Shown here: in pieces, positions 44,761-60,778 of the stretch | Position numbering within the stretch: the stretch's first letter is position 1 | Layout: the number at the start of each line of letters is the position of its first letter | NCBI RefSeq assembly: GCF_009914755.1 | Contig: NC_060925.1 | Strand: one strand, 5' to 3' | Source: the human T2T-CHM13v2.0 reference genome, Homo sapiens | Length of the DNA stretch: 64,000 nt | The notes under the pieces: generated by a model | What the model saw: only the letters and a program-made list of their open reading frames with translations | The model's database searches: none | What the model was told of the DNA's origin: nothing | Translations under genes and position numbers: made by a program

Positions 44761-47700
44761 ATTATCATGAAATTGAAATGGATGGACTCATCATCGAATG
44801 GATTCGAATGGAATCATCGAATAAAATTGATTGAAATCATCATCAAATGGAATCGAATGGTATCATTGAATGGAATCGAATGGAATCATCATCAGATGGA
44901 AATGAATGGAATCGTCATAGAATGGAATCGAATGGATTCATTGAATGGAATCAGATGGAATCATCGAATGGACTGGAATGGAATCATTGAAGGGACTCGA
45001 AAGGGATCATTATTGAATGGAATTGAATGGAATCATCGAATGGTCTCGATTGGAATCATTATCAAATGGAATCGAATGGAATCACCGAATAGAATCGAAT
45101 GGAACAATCATCGAATGGACTCAAATGGAATTATCCTCCAATGGTATCGAATGGAATTATCGAATGCAATCGAATGGAATTATCGAATGCAATCGAATAG
45201 AATCATCGAATGGACTCGAATGGAATCATCGAATGGAATGGAATGGAACAGTCAATGAACTCGAATGGAATCATCATTGAATGGAATCGAATGGAATCAT
45301 CGAGTGGAATCGAATGGAATTATGATCAAATGGAATCGAATGTAATCCTCATCAAATGGAATCAAAAATAGCCATCATCAATTGGTATTGAATGGAATTG
45401 TCATCAAATGGAATTCAAAGGAATCATCAAATGGAACCGAATGGAATCCTCATTGAATGGAAATGAAAGGGGTCATCATCTAATGGAATCGCATGGAATC
45501 ATCATCAAATGGAATCGAATGGAATCATCATCAAATGGAATCTAATGGAATCATTGAACAGAATTGAATGGAATCCTCATCGAATGAATTGAATGCAATC
45601 ATCGAATGGTCTCGAATGGAATCATCTTCTAATGGAAAGGAATGGAATCATCGCATAGAATCGAATGGAATTATCATCGAATGGAATTGAATGGTATCAA
45701 CACCAAACGGAAAAAAACGGAATTATCGAATGGAATCGAAGAGAATCTTCGAACGGACCCGAATGGAATCATCTAATGGAATGGAATGGAATAATCCATG
45801 GACTCGAATGCAATCATCATCGAATGGAATCGAATGGAATCATCGAATGGACTCGAATGGAATAATCATTGAACGGAAACGAATGGAATCATTATCAGAT
45901 GGAAACGAATGGAATCATCATCGAATGGAAATGAAAGGAGTCATCATCTAATGGAATTGCATGGAATCATCATAAAATGGAATCGAATGGAATCAACATC
46001 AAATGGAATCAAATGGAATCATTGAACGGAATTGAATGGAATCGTCATCGAATGAATTGACTGCAATCATCGAATGGTCTCGAATGGAATCATCTTCAAA
46101 TGGAATGGAATGGAATCATCGCATAGAATCGAATGGAATTATCATCGAATGGAATCGAATGGAATCAACATCAAACGGAAAAAAACAGAATTATCGTATG
46201 GAATCGAAGAGAATCATCGAATGGACCCGAATGGAATCATCTAATGGAATGGAATGGAATAATCCATGGACTCGAATGCAATCATCATCGAATGGAATCG
46301 AATGGAATCATCGAATGGACTCGAATGGAATAATCATTGAACGGAATCGAATGGAATCATCATCGGATGGAAATGAATGGAATCATCATCGAATGGAATC
46401 GAATAGAATTATGGAATGAAATCCAGTGTGATCATCATCGAATGGACCCGAATGGAATCATCATCCAACGGAAGCTAATGGAATCAACATCGAATGAATC
46501 GAATGGAAACACCATCGAATTGAAACGAATGGAATTATCTTGAAATTGAAATGGATGGACTCATCATCGAATGGATTCGAATGGAATCATCGAATAAAAT
46601 TGATTGAAATCATCATCCAATGGAATCGAATGGTATCATTGAATGGAATCGAATGGAATCATCATCAGATGGAAATGAATGGAATCGTCATAGAATGGAA
46701 TCGAATGGATTCATTGAATGGAATCAGATGGAATCATCGAATGGACTGGAATGGAATCATTGAATGGACTCGAAAGGGATCATGATTGAATGGAATTGAA
46801 TGGAATCATCGAATGGTCTCGATTGGAATCATTATCAAATGGAATCGAATGGAATCACCGAATAGAATCGAATGGAACAATCATCGAATGGACTCAAATG
46901 GAATTATCCTCCAATGGAATCGAATGGAATTATCGAATGCAATCGAATGGAATTATCGAATGCAATCGAATAGAATCATCGAATGGACTCGAATGGAATC
47001 ATCGAATGGAATGGAATGGAACAGTCAATGAACTCGAATGGAATCATCATTGAATGGAATCCAATGGAATCATCGAGTGGAATCGAATGGAATTATGATC
47101 AAATGGAATCGAATGTAATCATCATCAAATGGAATCAAAAATAACCATCATCAATTGGTATTGAATGGAATTGTCATCAAATGGAATTCAAAGGAATCAT
47201 CATCAAATGGAACCGAATGGAATCCTCATTGAATGGAAATGAAAGGGGTCATCATCTTATGGAATCGCATGGAATCATCATCAAATGGAATCGAATGGAA
47301 TCATCATCAAATGGAATCTAATGGAATCATTGAACAGAATTGAATGGAATCGTCATCGAATGAATTGAATGCAATCATCGAATGGTCTCGAATGGAATCA
47401 TCTTCTAATGGAAAGGAATGGAATCATCGCATAGAATCGAATGGAATTATCATCGAATGGAATCGAATGGTATCAACACCAAACGGAAAAAAACGGAATT
47501 ATCGAATGGAATCGAAGAGAATCTTCGAACGGACCCGAATGGAATCATCTAATGGAATGGAATGGAATAATCCATGGACTCGAATGCAATCATCATCGAA
47601 TGGAATGGAATGGAATCATCGAATGGACTCGAATGGAATAATCATTGAACGGAATCGAATGGAATCATCATCGGATGGAAACGAATGGAATCATCATCGA

Positions 47701-50700
47701 ATGGAAATGAAAGGAGTCATCATCTAATGGAATTGCATGGAATCATCATAAAATGGAATCGAATGGAATCAACATCAAATGGAATCAAATGGAATCATTG
47801 AACGGAATTGAATGGAATCGTCATCGAATGAATTGACTGCAATCATCGAATGGTCTCGAATGGAATCATCTTCAAATGGAATGGAATGGAATCATCGCAT
47901 AGAATCGAATGGAATTATCATCGAATGGAATCGAATGGAATCAACATCAAACGGAAAAAAACGGAATTATCGAATGGAATCGAAGAGAATCATCGAATGG
48001 ACCCGAATGGAATCATCTAATGGAATGGAATGGAATAATCCATGGACTCGAATGCAATCATCATCCAATGGAATCGAATGGAATCATCGAATGGACTCGA
48101 ATGGAATAATCATTGAACGGAAACGAATGGAATCATCATCGGATGGAAATGAATGGAATCATCATCGAATGGAATCGAATAGAATTATGGAATGAAATCC
48201 AGTGTGATCATCATCGAATGGACCCGAATGGAATCATCATCCAACGGAAGCTAATGGAATCAACATTGAATGAATCAAATGGAAACACCATCGAATTGAA
48301 ACGAATGGAATTATCATGAAATTGAAATGGATGGACTCATCATCGAATGGATTCGAATGGAATCATCGAATAAAATTGATTGAAATCATCATCGAATGGA
48401 ATCGAATGGTATCATTGAATGAAATCGAATGGAATCATCATCAGATGGAAATGAATGGAATCGTCATAGAATGGAATCGAATGGATTCATTGAATGGAAT
48501 CAGATGGAATCATCGAATGGACTGGAATGGAATCATTGAATGGACTCGAAAGGGATCATGATTGAATGGAATTGAATGGAATCATCGAATGGTCTCGATT
48601 GGAATCATTATCAAATGGAATCGAATGGAATCACCGAATAGAATCGAATGGAACAATCATCGAATGGACTCAAATGGAATTATCCTCCAATGGAATCGAA
48701 TGGAATTATCAAATGCAATCGAATGGAATTATCGAATGCAATTGAATAGAATCATCGAATGGACTCGAATGGAATCATCGAATGGAATGGAATGGAACAG
48801 TCAATGAACTCGAATGGAATCATCATTGAATGGAATCGAATGGAATCATCGAGTGGAATCGAATGGAATTATGATCAAATGGAATCGAATGTAATCATCA
48901 CCAAATGGAATCAAAAATAACCATCATCAATTGGTATTGAATGGAATTGTCATCAAATGGAATTCAAAGGAATCATCATCAAATGGAACCGAATGGAATC
49001 CTCATTGAATGGAAATGAAAGGGGTCATCATCTAATGGAAACACATGGAATCATCATCAAATGGAATCGAATGGAATCATCATCAAATGGAATCTAATGG
49101 AATCATTGAACAGAATTGAATGGAATCGTCATCGAATGAATTGAATGCAATCATCGAATGGTCTCGAATGGAATCATCTTCTAATGGAAAGGAATGGAAT
49201 CATCGCATAGAATCGAATGGAATTATCATCGAATGGAATCGAATGGTATCAACACCAAACGGAAAAAAACGGAATTATCGAATGGAATCGAAGAGAATCT
49301 TCGAACGGACCCGAATGGAATCATCTAATGGAATGGAATGGAATAATCCATGGACTCGAATGCAATCATCATCGAATGGAATCGAATGGAATCATCGAAT
49401 GGACTCGAATGGAATAATCATTGAACGGAATCGATTGGAATCATCATCGGATGGAAACGAATGGAATCATCATCGAATGGAAATGAAAGGAGTCATCATC
49501 TAATGGAATTGCATGGAATCATCATAAAATGGAATCGAATGGAATCAACATCAAATGGAATCAAATGGAATCATTGAACGGAATTGAATGGAATCGTCAT
49601 CGAATGAATTGACTGCAATCATCCAATGGTCTCGAATGGAATCATCTTCAAATGGAATGGAATGGAATCATCGCATAGAATCGAATGGAATTATCATCGA
49701 ATGGAATCGAATGGAATCATCATCCAACGGAAAAAAACGGAATTATCGTATGGAATCGAAGAGAATCATCGAATGGACCCGAATGGAATCATCTAATGGA
49801 ATGGAATGGAATAATCCATGGACTCGAATGCAATCATCATCGAATGGAATCGAATGGAATCATCGAATGGACTCGAATGGAATAATCATTGAACGGAATC
49901 GAATGGAATCATCATCGGATGGAAATGAATGGAATCATCATCGAATGGAATCGAATAGAATTATGGAATGAAATCCAGTGTGATCATCATCGAATGGACC
50001 CGAATGGAATCATCATCCAACGGAAGCTAATGGAATCAACATCGAATGAATCGAATGGAAACACCATCGAATTGAAACGAATGGAATTATCATGAAATTG
50101 AAATGGATGGACTCATCATCGAATGGATTCGAATGGAATCATCGAATAAAATTGATTGAAATCATCATCAAATGGAATCGAATGGTATCATTGAATGGAA
50201 TCGAATGGAATCATCATCAGATGGAAATGAATGGAATCGTCATAGAATGGAATCGAATGGATTCATTGAATGGAATCAGATGGAATCATCGAATGGACTG
50301 GAATGGAATCATTGAATGGACTCGAAAGGGATCATGATTGAATGGAATTGAATGGAATCATCGAATGGTCTCGATTGGAATCATTATCAAATGGAATCGA
50401 ATGGAATCACCGAATAGAATCGAATGGAACAATCATCGAATGGACTCAAATGGAATTATCCTTAAATGGAATCGAATGCAATTATCGAATGCAATCGAAT
50501 AGAATCATCGAATGGACTCGAATGGAATCATCGAATGGAATGGAATGGAACAGTCAATGAACTCGAATGGAATCATCATTGAATGGAATCGAATGGAATC
50601 ATCGAGTGGAATCGAATGGAATTATGATCAAATGGAATCGAATGTAATCCTCATCAAATGGAATCAAAAATAACCATCATCAATTGGTATTGAATGGAAT

Positions 50701-53700
50701 TGTCATCAAATGGAATTCAAAGGAATCATCATCAAATGGAACCGAATGGAATCCTCATTGAATGGAAATGAAAGGGGTCATCATCTAATGGAATCGCATG
50801 GAATCATCATCAAATGGAATCGAATGGAATCATCATCAAATGGAATCTAATGGAATCATTGAACAGAATTGAATGGAATCGTCATCGAATGAATTGAATG
50901 CAATCATCGAATGGTCTCGAATGGAATCATCTTCTAATGGAAAGGAATGGAATCATCGCATAGAATCGAATGGAATTATCATCGAATGGAATCGAATGGT
51001 ATCAACACCAAACGGAAAAAAACGGAATTATCGAATGGAATCGAAGAGAATCTTCGAACGGACCCGAATGGAATCATCTAATGGAATGGAATGGAATAAT
51101 CCATGGACTGGAATGCAATCATCATCGAATGGAATGGAATGGAATCATCGAATGGACTCGAATGGAATAATCATTGAACGGAATCGAATGGAATCATCAT
51201 CGGATGGAAACGAATGGAATCATCATCGAATGGAAATGAAAGGAGTCATCATCTAATGGAATTGCATGGAATCATCATAAAATGGAATCGAATGGAATCA
51301 ACATCAAATGGAATCTAATGGAATCATTGAACGGAATTGAATGGAATCGTCATCGAATGAATTGACTGCAATCATCGAATGGTCTCGAATGGAATCATCT
51401 TCAAATGGAATGGAATGGAATCATCGCATAGAATCGAATGGAATTATCATCGAATGGAATCGAATGGAATCAACATCAAACGGAAAAAAACAGAATTATC
51501 GTATGGAATCGAAGAGAATCATCGAATGGACCCGAATGGAATCATCTAATGGAATGGAATGGAATAATCCATGGACTCGAATGCAATCATCATCGAATGG
51601 AATCGAATGGAATCATCGAATGGACTCGAATGGAATAATCATTGAACGGAATCGAATGGAATCATCATCGGATGGAAATGAATGGAATCATCATCGAATG
51701 GAATCGAATAGAATTATGGAATGAAATCCAGTGTGATCATCATCGAATGGACCCGAATGGAATCATCATCCAACGGAAGCTAATGGAATCAACATCGAAT
51801 GAATCGAATGGAAACACCATCGAATTGAAACGAATGGAATTATCATGAAATTGAAATGGATGGACTCATCATCGAATGGATTCGAATGGAATCATCGAAT
51901 AAAATTGATTGAAATCATCATCCAATGGAATCGAATGGTATCATTGAATGGAATCGAATGGAATCATCATCAGATGGAAATGAAAGGAATCGTCATAGAA
52001 TGGAATCGAATGGATTCATTGAATGGAATCAGATGGAATCATCGAATGGACTGGAATGGAATCATTGAATGGACTCGAAAGGGATCATGATTGAATGGAA
52101 TTGAATGGAATCATCGAATGGTCTCGATTGGAATCATTATCAAATGGAATCGAATGGAATCACCGAATAGAATCGAATGGAACAATCATCGAATGGACTC
52201 AAATGGAATTATCCTCAAATGGAATCGAATGGAATTATCGAATGCAATCGAATGGAATTATCGAATGCAATCGAATAGAATCATCGAAAGGACTCGAATG
52301 CAATCATCGAATGGAATGGAATGGAACAGTCAATGAACTCGAATGGAATCATCATTGAATGGAATCGAATGGAATCATCGAGTGGAATCGAATGGAATTA
52401 TGATCAAATGGAATCGAATGTAATCATCATCAAATGGAATCAAAAATAACCATCATCAATTGGTATTGAATGGAATTGTCATCAAATGGAATTCAAAGGA
52501 ATCATCATCAAATGGAACCGAATGGAATCCTCATTGAATGGAAATGAAAGGGGTCATCATCTAATGGAATCGCATGGAATCATCATCAAATGGAATCGAA
52601 TGGAATCATCATCAAATGGAATCTAATGGAATCATTGAACAGAATTGAATGGAATCGTCATCGAATGAATTGAATGCAATCATCGAATGGTCTCGAATGG
52701 AATCATCTTCTAATGGAAAGGAATGGAATCATCGCATAGAATCGAATGGAATTATCAGCGAATGGAATCGAATGGTATCAACACCAAACGGAAAAAAACG
52801 GAATTATCGAATGGAATCGAAGAGAATCTTCGAACGGACCCGAATGGAATCATCTAATGGAATGGAATGGAATAATCCATGGACTCGAATGCAATCATCA
52901 TCGAATGGAATGGAATGGTATCATCGAATGGACTCGAATGGAATAATCATTGAACGGAATCGAATGGAATCATCATCGGATGGAAACGAATGGAATCATC
53001 ATCGAATGGAAATGAAAGGAGTCATCATCTAATGGAATTGCATGGAATCATCATAAAATGGAATCGAATGGAATCAACATCAAATGGAATCAAATGGAAT
53101 CATTGAACGGAATTGAATGGAATCGTCATCGAATGAATTGACTGCAATCATCCAATGGTCTCGAATGGAATCATCTTCAAATGGAATGGAATGGAATCAT
53201 CGCATAGAATCGAATGGAATTATCATCGAATGGAATCGAATGGAATCAACATCAAACGGAAAAAAACGGAATTATCGAATGGAATCGAAGAGAATCATCG
53301 AATGGACCCGAATGGAATCATCTAATGGAATGGAATGGAATAATCCATGGACTCGAATCCAATCATCATCGAATGGAATCGAATGGAATCATCGAATGGA
53401 CTCGAATGGAATAATCATTGAACGGAATCGAATGGAATCATCATCGGATGGAAATGAATGGAATCATCATCGAATGGAATCGAATAGAATTATGGAATGA
53501 AATCCAGTGTGATCATCATCGAATGGACCCGAATGGAATCATCATCCAACGGAAGCTAATGGAATCAACATCGAATGAATCGAATGGAAACACCATCGAA
53601 TTGAAACGAATGGAATTATCATGAAATTGAAATGGATGGACTCATCATCGAATGGATTCGAATGGAATCATCGAATAAAATTGATTGAAATCATCATCGA

Positions 53701-55396
53701 ATGGAATCGAATGGTATCATTGAATGGAATCGAATGGAATCATCATCAGATGGAAATGAATGGAATCGTCATAGAATGGAATCGAATGGATTCATTGAAT
53801 GGAATCAGATGGAATCATCGAATGGACTGGAATGGAATCATTGATGGGACTCGAAAGGGATCATTATTGAATGGAATTGAATGGAATCATCGAATGGTCT
53901 CGATTGGAATCATTATCAAATGGAATCGAATGGAATCACCGAATAGAATCGAATGGAACAATCATCGAATGGACTCAAATGGAATTATCCTCCAATGGAA
54001 TCGAATGGAATTATCGAATGCAATCGAATGGAATTATCGAATGCAATCGAATAGAATCATCGAATGGACTCGAATGGAATCATCGAATGGAATGGAATGG
54101 AACAGTCAATGAACTCGAATGGAATCATCATTGAATGGAATCCAATGGAATCATCGAGTGGAATCGAATGGAATTATGATCAAATGGAATCGAATGTAAT
54201 CATCATCAAATGGAATCAAAAATAACCATCATCAATTGGTATTGAATGGAATTGTCATCAAATGGAATTCAAAGGAATCATCATCAAATGGAACCGAATG
54301 GAATCCTCATTGAATGGAAATGAAAGGGGTCATCATCTAATGGAATCGCATGGAATCATCATCAAATGGAATCGAATGGAATCATCATCAAATGGAATCT
54401 AATGGAATCATTGAACAGAATTGAATGGAATCGTCATCGAATGAATTGAATGCAATCATCGAATGGTCTCGAATGGAATCATCTTCTAATGGAAAGGAAT
54501 GGAATCATCGCATAGAATCGAATGGAATTATCATCGAATGGAATCGAATGGTATCAACACCAAACGGAAAAAAACGGAATTATCGAATGGAATCGAAGAG
54601 AATCTTCGAACGGACCCGAATGGAATCATCTAATGGAATGGAATGGAATAATCCATGGACTCGAATGCAATCATCATCGAATGGAATGGAATGGAATCAT
54701 CGAATGGACTCGAATGGAATAATCATTGAACGGAATCGAATGGAATCATCATCGGATGGAAACGAATGGAATCATCATCGAATGGAAATGAAAGGAGTCA
54801 TCATCTAATGGAATTGCATGGAATCATCATAAAATGGAATCGAATGGAATCAACATCAAATGGAATCAAATGGAATCATTGAACGGAATTGAATGGAATC
54901 GTCATCGAATGAATTGACTGCAATCATCCAATGGTCTCGAATGGAATCATCTTCAAATGGAATGGAATGGAATCATCGCATAGAATCGAATGGAATTATC
55001 ATCGAATGGAATCGAATGGAATCAACATCAAACGGAAAAAAACGGAATTATCGAATGGAATCGAAGAGAATCATCGAATGGACCCGAATGGAATCATCTA
55101 ATGGAATGGAATGGAATAATCCATGGACTCGAATGCAATCATCATCGAATGGAATCGAATGGAATCATCGAATGGACTCGAATGGAATAATCATTGAACG
55201 GAATCGAATGGAATCATCATCGGATGGAAATGAATGGAATCATCATCGAATGGAATCGAATAGAATTATGGAATGAAATCCAGTGTGATCATCATCGAAT
55301 GGACCCGAATGGAATCATCATCCAACGGAAGCTAATGGAATCAACATCGAATGAATCGAATGGAAACACCATCGAATTGAAACGAATGGAATTATC

Positions 55397-58300
55397 ATGA
55401 AATTGAAATGGATGGACTCATCATCGAATGGATTCGAATGGAATCATGGAATAAAATTGATTGAAATCATCATCCAATGGAATCGAATGGTATCATTGAA
55501 TGGAATCGAATGGAATCATCATCAGATGGAAATGAATGGAATCGTCATAGAATGGAATCGAATGGATTCATTGAATGGAATCAGATGGAATCATCGAATG
55601 GACTGGAATGGAATCATTGAATGGACTCGAAAGGGATCATTATTGAATGGAATTGAATGGAATCATCGAATGGTCTCGATTGGAATCATTATCAAATGGA
55701 ATCGAATGGAATCACCGAATAGAATCGAATGGAACAATCATCGAATGGACTCAAATGGAATTATCCTCCAATGGAATCGAATGGAATTATCGAATGCAAT
55801 CGAATGGAATTATCGAATGCAATCGAATAGAATCATCGAATGGACTCGAATGGAATCATCGAATGGAATGGAATGGAACAGTCAATGAACTCGAATGGAA
55901 TCATCATTGAATGGAATCGAATGGAATCATCGAGTGGAATCGAATGGAATTATGATCAAATGGAATCGAATGTAATCATCATCAAATGGAATCAAAAATA
56001 ACCATCATCAATTGGTATTGAATGGAATTGTCATCAAATGGAATTCAAAGGAATCATCATCAAATGGAACCGAATGGAATCCTCATTGAATGGAAATGAA
56101 AGGGGTCATCATCTAATGGAATCGCATGGAATCATCATCAAATGGAATCGAATGGAATCATCATCAAATGGAATCTAATGGAATCATTGAACAGAATTGA
56201 ATGGAATCGTCATCGAATGAATTGAATGCAATCATCGAATGGTCTCGAATGGAATCATCTTCTAATGGAAAGGAATGGAATCATCGCATAGAATCGAATG
56301 GAATTATCAGCGAATGGAATCGAATGGTATCAACACCAAACGGAAAAAAACGGAATTATCGAATGGAATCGAAGAGAATCTTCGAACGGACCCGAATGGA
56401 ATCATCTAATGGAATGGAATGGAATAATCCATGGACTCGAATGCAATCATCATCGAATGGAATCGAATGGAATCATCGAATGGACTCGAATGGAATAATC
56501 ATTGAACGGAATCGATTGGAATCATCATCGGATGGAAACGAATGGAATCATCATCGAATGGAAATGAAAGGAGTCATCATCTAATGGAATTGCATGGAAT
56601 CATCATAAAATGGAATCGAATGGAATCAACATCAAATGGAATCAAATGGAATCATTGAACGGAATTGAATGGAATCGTCATCGAATGAATTGACTGCAAT
56701 CATCGAATGGTCTCGAATGGAATCATCTTCAAATGGAAGGGAATGGAATCATCGCATAGAATCGAATGGAATTATCATCGAATGGAATCGAATGGAATCA
56801 ACATCAAACGGAAAAAAACAGAATTATCGTATGGAATCGAAGAGAATCATCGAATGGACCCGAATGGAATCATCTAATGGAATGGAATGGAATAATCCAT
56901 GGACTCGAATGCAATCATCATCGAATGGAATCGAATGGAATCATCGAATGGACTCGAATGGAATAATCATTGAACGGAATCGAATGGAATCATCATCGGA
57001 TGGAAATGAATGGAATCATCATCGAATGGAATCGAATAGAATTATGGAATGAAATCCAGTGTGATCATCATCGAATGGACCCGAATGGAATCATCATCCA
57101 ACGGAAGCTAATGGAATCAACATCGAATGAATCGAATGGAAACACCATCGAATTGAAACGAATGGAATTATCATGAAATTGAAATGGATGGACTCATCAT
57201 CGAATGGATTCGAATGGAATCATGGAATAAAATTGATTGAAATCATCATCCAATGGAATCGAATGGTATCATTGAATGGAATCGAATGGAATCATCATCA
57301 GATGGAAATGAATGGAATCGTCATAGAATGGAATCGAATGGATTCATTGAATGGAATCAGATGGAATCATCGAATGGACTGGAATGGAATCATTGAATGG
57401 ACTCGAAAGGGATCATGATTGAATGGAATTGAATGGAATCATCGAATGGTCTCGATTGGAATCATTATCAAATGGAATCGAATGGAATCACCGAATAGAA
57501 TCGAATGGAACAATCATCGAATGGACTCAAATGGAATTATCCTCCAATGGAATCGAATGGAATTATCGAATGCAATCGAATGGAATTATCGAATGCAATC
57601 GAATAGAATCATCGAATGGACTCGAATGGAATCATCGAATGGAATGGAATGGAACAGTCAATGAACTCGAATGGAATCATCATTGAATGGAATCGAATGG
57701 AATCATCGAGTGGAATCGAATGGAATTATGATCAAATGGAATCGAATGTAATCATCATCAAATGGAATCAAAAATAACCATCATCAATTGGTATTGAATG
57801 GAATTGTCATCAAATGGAATTCAAAGGAATCATCATCAAATGGAACCGAATGGAATCCTCATTGAATGGAAATGAAAGGGGTCATCATCTAATGGAATCG
57901 CATGGAATCATCATCAAATGGAATCGAATGGAATCATCATCAAATGGAATCTAATGGAATCATTGAACAGAATTGAATGGAATCGTCATCGAATGAATTG
58001 AATGCAATCATCGAATGGTCTCGAATGGAATCATCTTCTAATGGAAAGGAATGGAATCATCGCATAGAATCGAATGGAATTATCAGCGAATGGAATCGAA
58101 TGGTATCAACACCAAACGGAAAAAAACGGAATTATCGAATGGAATCGAAGAGAATCTTCGAACGGACCCGAATGGAATCATCTAATGGAATGGAATGGAA
58201 TAATCCATGGACTCGAATGCAATCATCATCGAATGGAATCGAATGGAATCATCGAATGGACTCGAATGGAATAATCATTGAACGGAATCGATTGGAATCA

Positions 58301-58948
58301 TCATCGGATGGAAACGAATGGAATCATCATCGAATGGAAATGAAAGGAGTCATCATCTAATGGAATTGCATGGAATCATCATAAAATGGAATCGAATGGA
58401 ATCAACATCAAATGGAATCAAATGGAATCATTGAACGGAATTGAATGGAATCGTCATCGAATGAATTGACTGCAATCATCGAATGGTCTCGAATGGAATC
58501 ATCTTCAAATGGAAGGGAATGGAATCATCGCATAGAATCGAATGGAATTATCATCGAATGGAATCGAATGGAATCAACATCAAACGGAAAAAAACAGAAT
58601 TATCGTATGGAATCGAAGAGAATCATCGAATGGACCCGAATGGAATCATCTAATGGAATGGAATGGAATAATCCATGGACTCGAATGCAATCATCATCGA
58701 ATGGAATCGAATGGAATCATCGAATGGACTCGAATGGAATAATCATTGAACGGAATCGAATGGAATCATCATCGGATGGAAATGAATGGAATCATCATCG
58801 AATGGAATCGAATAGAATTATGGAATGAAATCCAGTGTGATCATCATCGAATGGACCCGAATGGAATCATCATCCAACGGAAGCTAATGGAATCAACATC
58901 GAATGAATCGAATGGAAACACCATCGAATTGAAACGAATGGAATTATC
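55397..58948 (+). repeat. Two near-identical adjacent monomers (recent tandem duplication)
   Basis: Both carry catggaataaaa, tatcagcgaa, tcgattggaa in subunit A, ggaagggaatgg and aaaacagaattatcgtatgg at 1776-bp spacing. Confidence 0.85.
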
Positions 58949-60778
58949 ATGAAATTGAAATGGATGGACTCATCATCGAATGGATTCGAATGGAATCATC
59001 GAATAAAATTGAATGAAATCATCATCGAATGGAATCGAATGGTATCATTGAATGGAATCGAATGGAATCATCATCAGATGGAAATGAATGGAATCGTCAT
59101 AGAATGGAATCGAATGGATTCATTGAATGGAATCAGAAGGAATCATCGAATGGACTGGAATGGAATCATTGAATGGACTCGAAAGGGATCATTATTGAAT
59201 GGAATTGAATGGAATCATCGAATGGTCTCGATTGGAATCATTATCAAATGGAATCGAATGGAATCACCGAATAGAATCGAATGGAACAGTCATCGCATGG
59301 ACTCAAATGGAATTATCCTCAAATGGAATCGAATGGAATTATCGAATGCAATCGAATGGAATTATCGAATGCAATCGAATAGAATCATCGAATGGACTCG
59401 AATGGAATCATCGAATGGAATGGAATGGAACAGTTAATGAACTCGAATGGAATCATCATTGAATGGAATCGAATGGAATCATCGAGTGGAATCGAATGGA
59501 ATTATGATCAAATGGAATCGAATGTAATCATCATCAAATGGAATCAAAAATAACCATCAACAATTGGTATTGAATGGAATTGTCATCAAATGGAATTCAA
59601 AGGAATCATCATCAAATGGAACCGAATGGAATCCTCATTGAATGGAAATGAAAGGGGTCATCATCTAATGGAATCGCATGGAATCATCATCAAATGGAAT
59701 CGAATGGAATCATCATCAAATGGAATCTAATGGAATCATTGAACAGAATTGAATGGAATCGTCATCGAATGAATTGAATGCAATCATCGAATGGTCTCGA
59801 ATGGAATCATCTTCTAATGGAAAGGAATGGAATCATCGCATAGAATCGAATGGAATTATCATCGAATGGAATCGAATGGTATCAACACCAAACGGAAAAA
59901 AACGGAATTATCGAATGGAATCGAAGAGAATCTTCGAACGGACCCGAATGGAATCATCTAATGGAATGGAATGGAATAATCCATGGACTCGAATGCAATC
60001 ATCATCGAATGGAATGGAATGGAATCATCGAATGGACTCGAATGGAATAATCATTGAACGGAATCGAATGGAATCATCATCGGATGGAAACGAATGGAAT
60101 CATCATCGAATGGAAATGAAAGGAGTCATCATCTAATGGGATTGCATGGAATCATCATAAAATGGAATCGAATGGAATCAACATCAAATGGAATCAAATG
60201 GAATCATTGAACGGAATTGAATGGAATCGTCATCGAATGAATTGACTGCAATCATCGAATGGTCTCGAATGGAATCATCTTCAAATGGAATGGAATGGAA
60301 TCATCGCATAGAATCGAATGGAATTATCATCGAATGGAATCGAATGGAATCAACATCAAACGGAAAAAAACAGAATTATCGTATGGAATCGAAGAGAATC
60401 ATCGAATGGACCCGAATGGAATCATCTAATGGAATGGAATGGAATAATCCATGGACTCGAATGCAATCATCATCGAATGGAATCGAATGGAATCATCGAA
60501 TGGACTCGAATGGAATAATCATTGAACGGAATCGAATGGAATCATCATCGGATGGAAATGAATGGAATCATCATCGAATGGAATCGAATAGAATTATGGA
60601 ATGAAATCCAGTGTGATCATCATCGAATGGACCCGAATGGAATCATCATCCAACGGAAGCTAATGGAATCAACATCGAATGAATCGAATGGAAACACCAT
60701 CGAATTGAAACGAATGGAATTATCATGAAATTGAAATGGATGGACTCATCATCGAATGGATTCGAATGGAATCATCGA

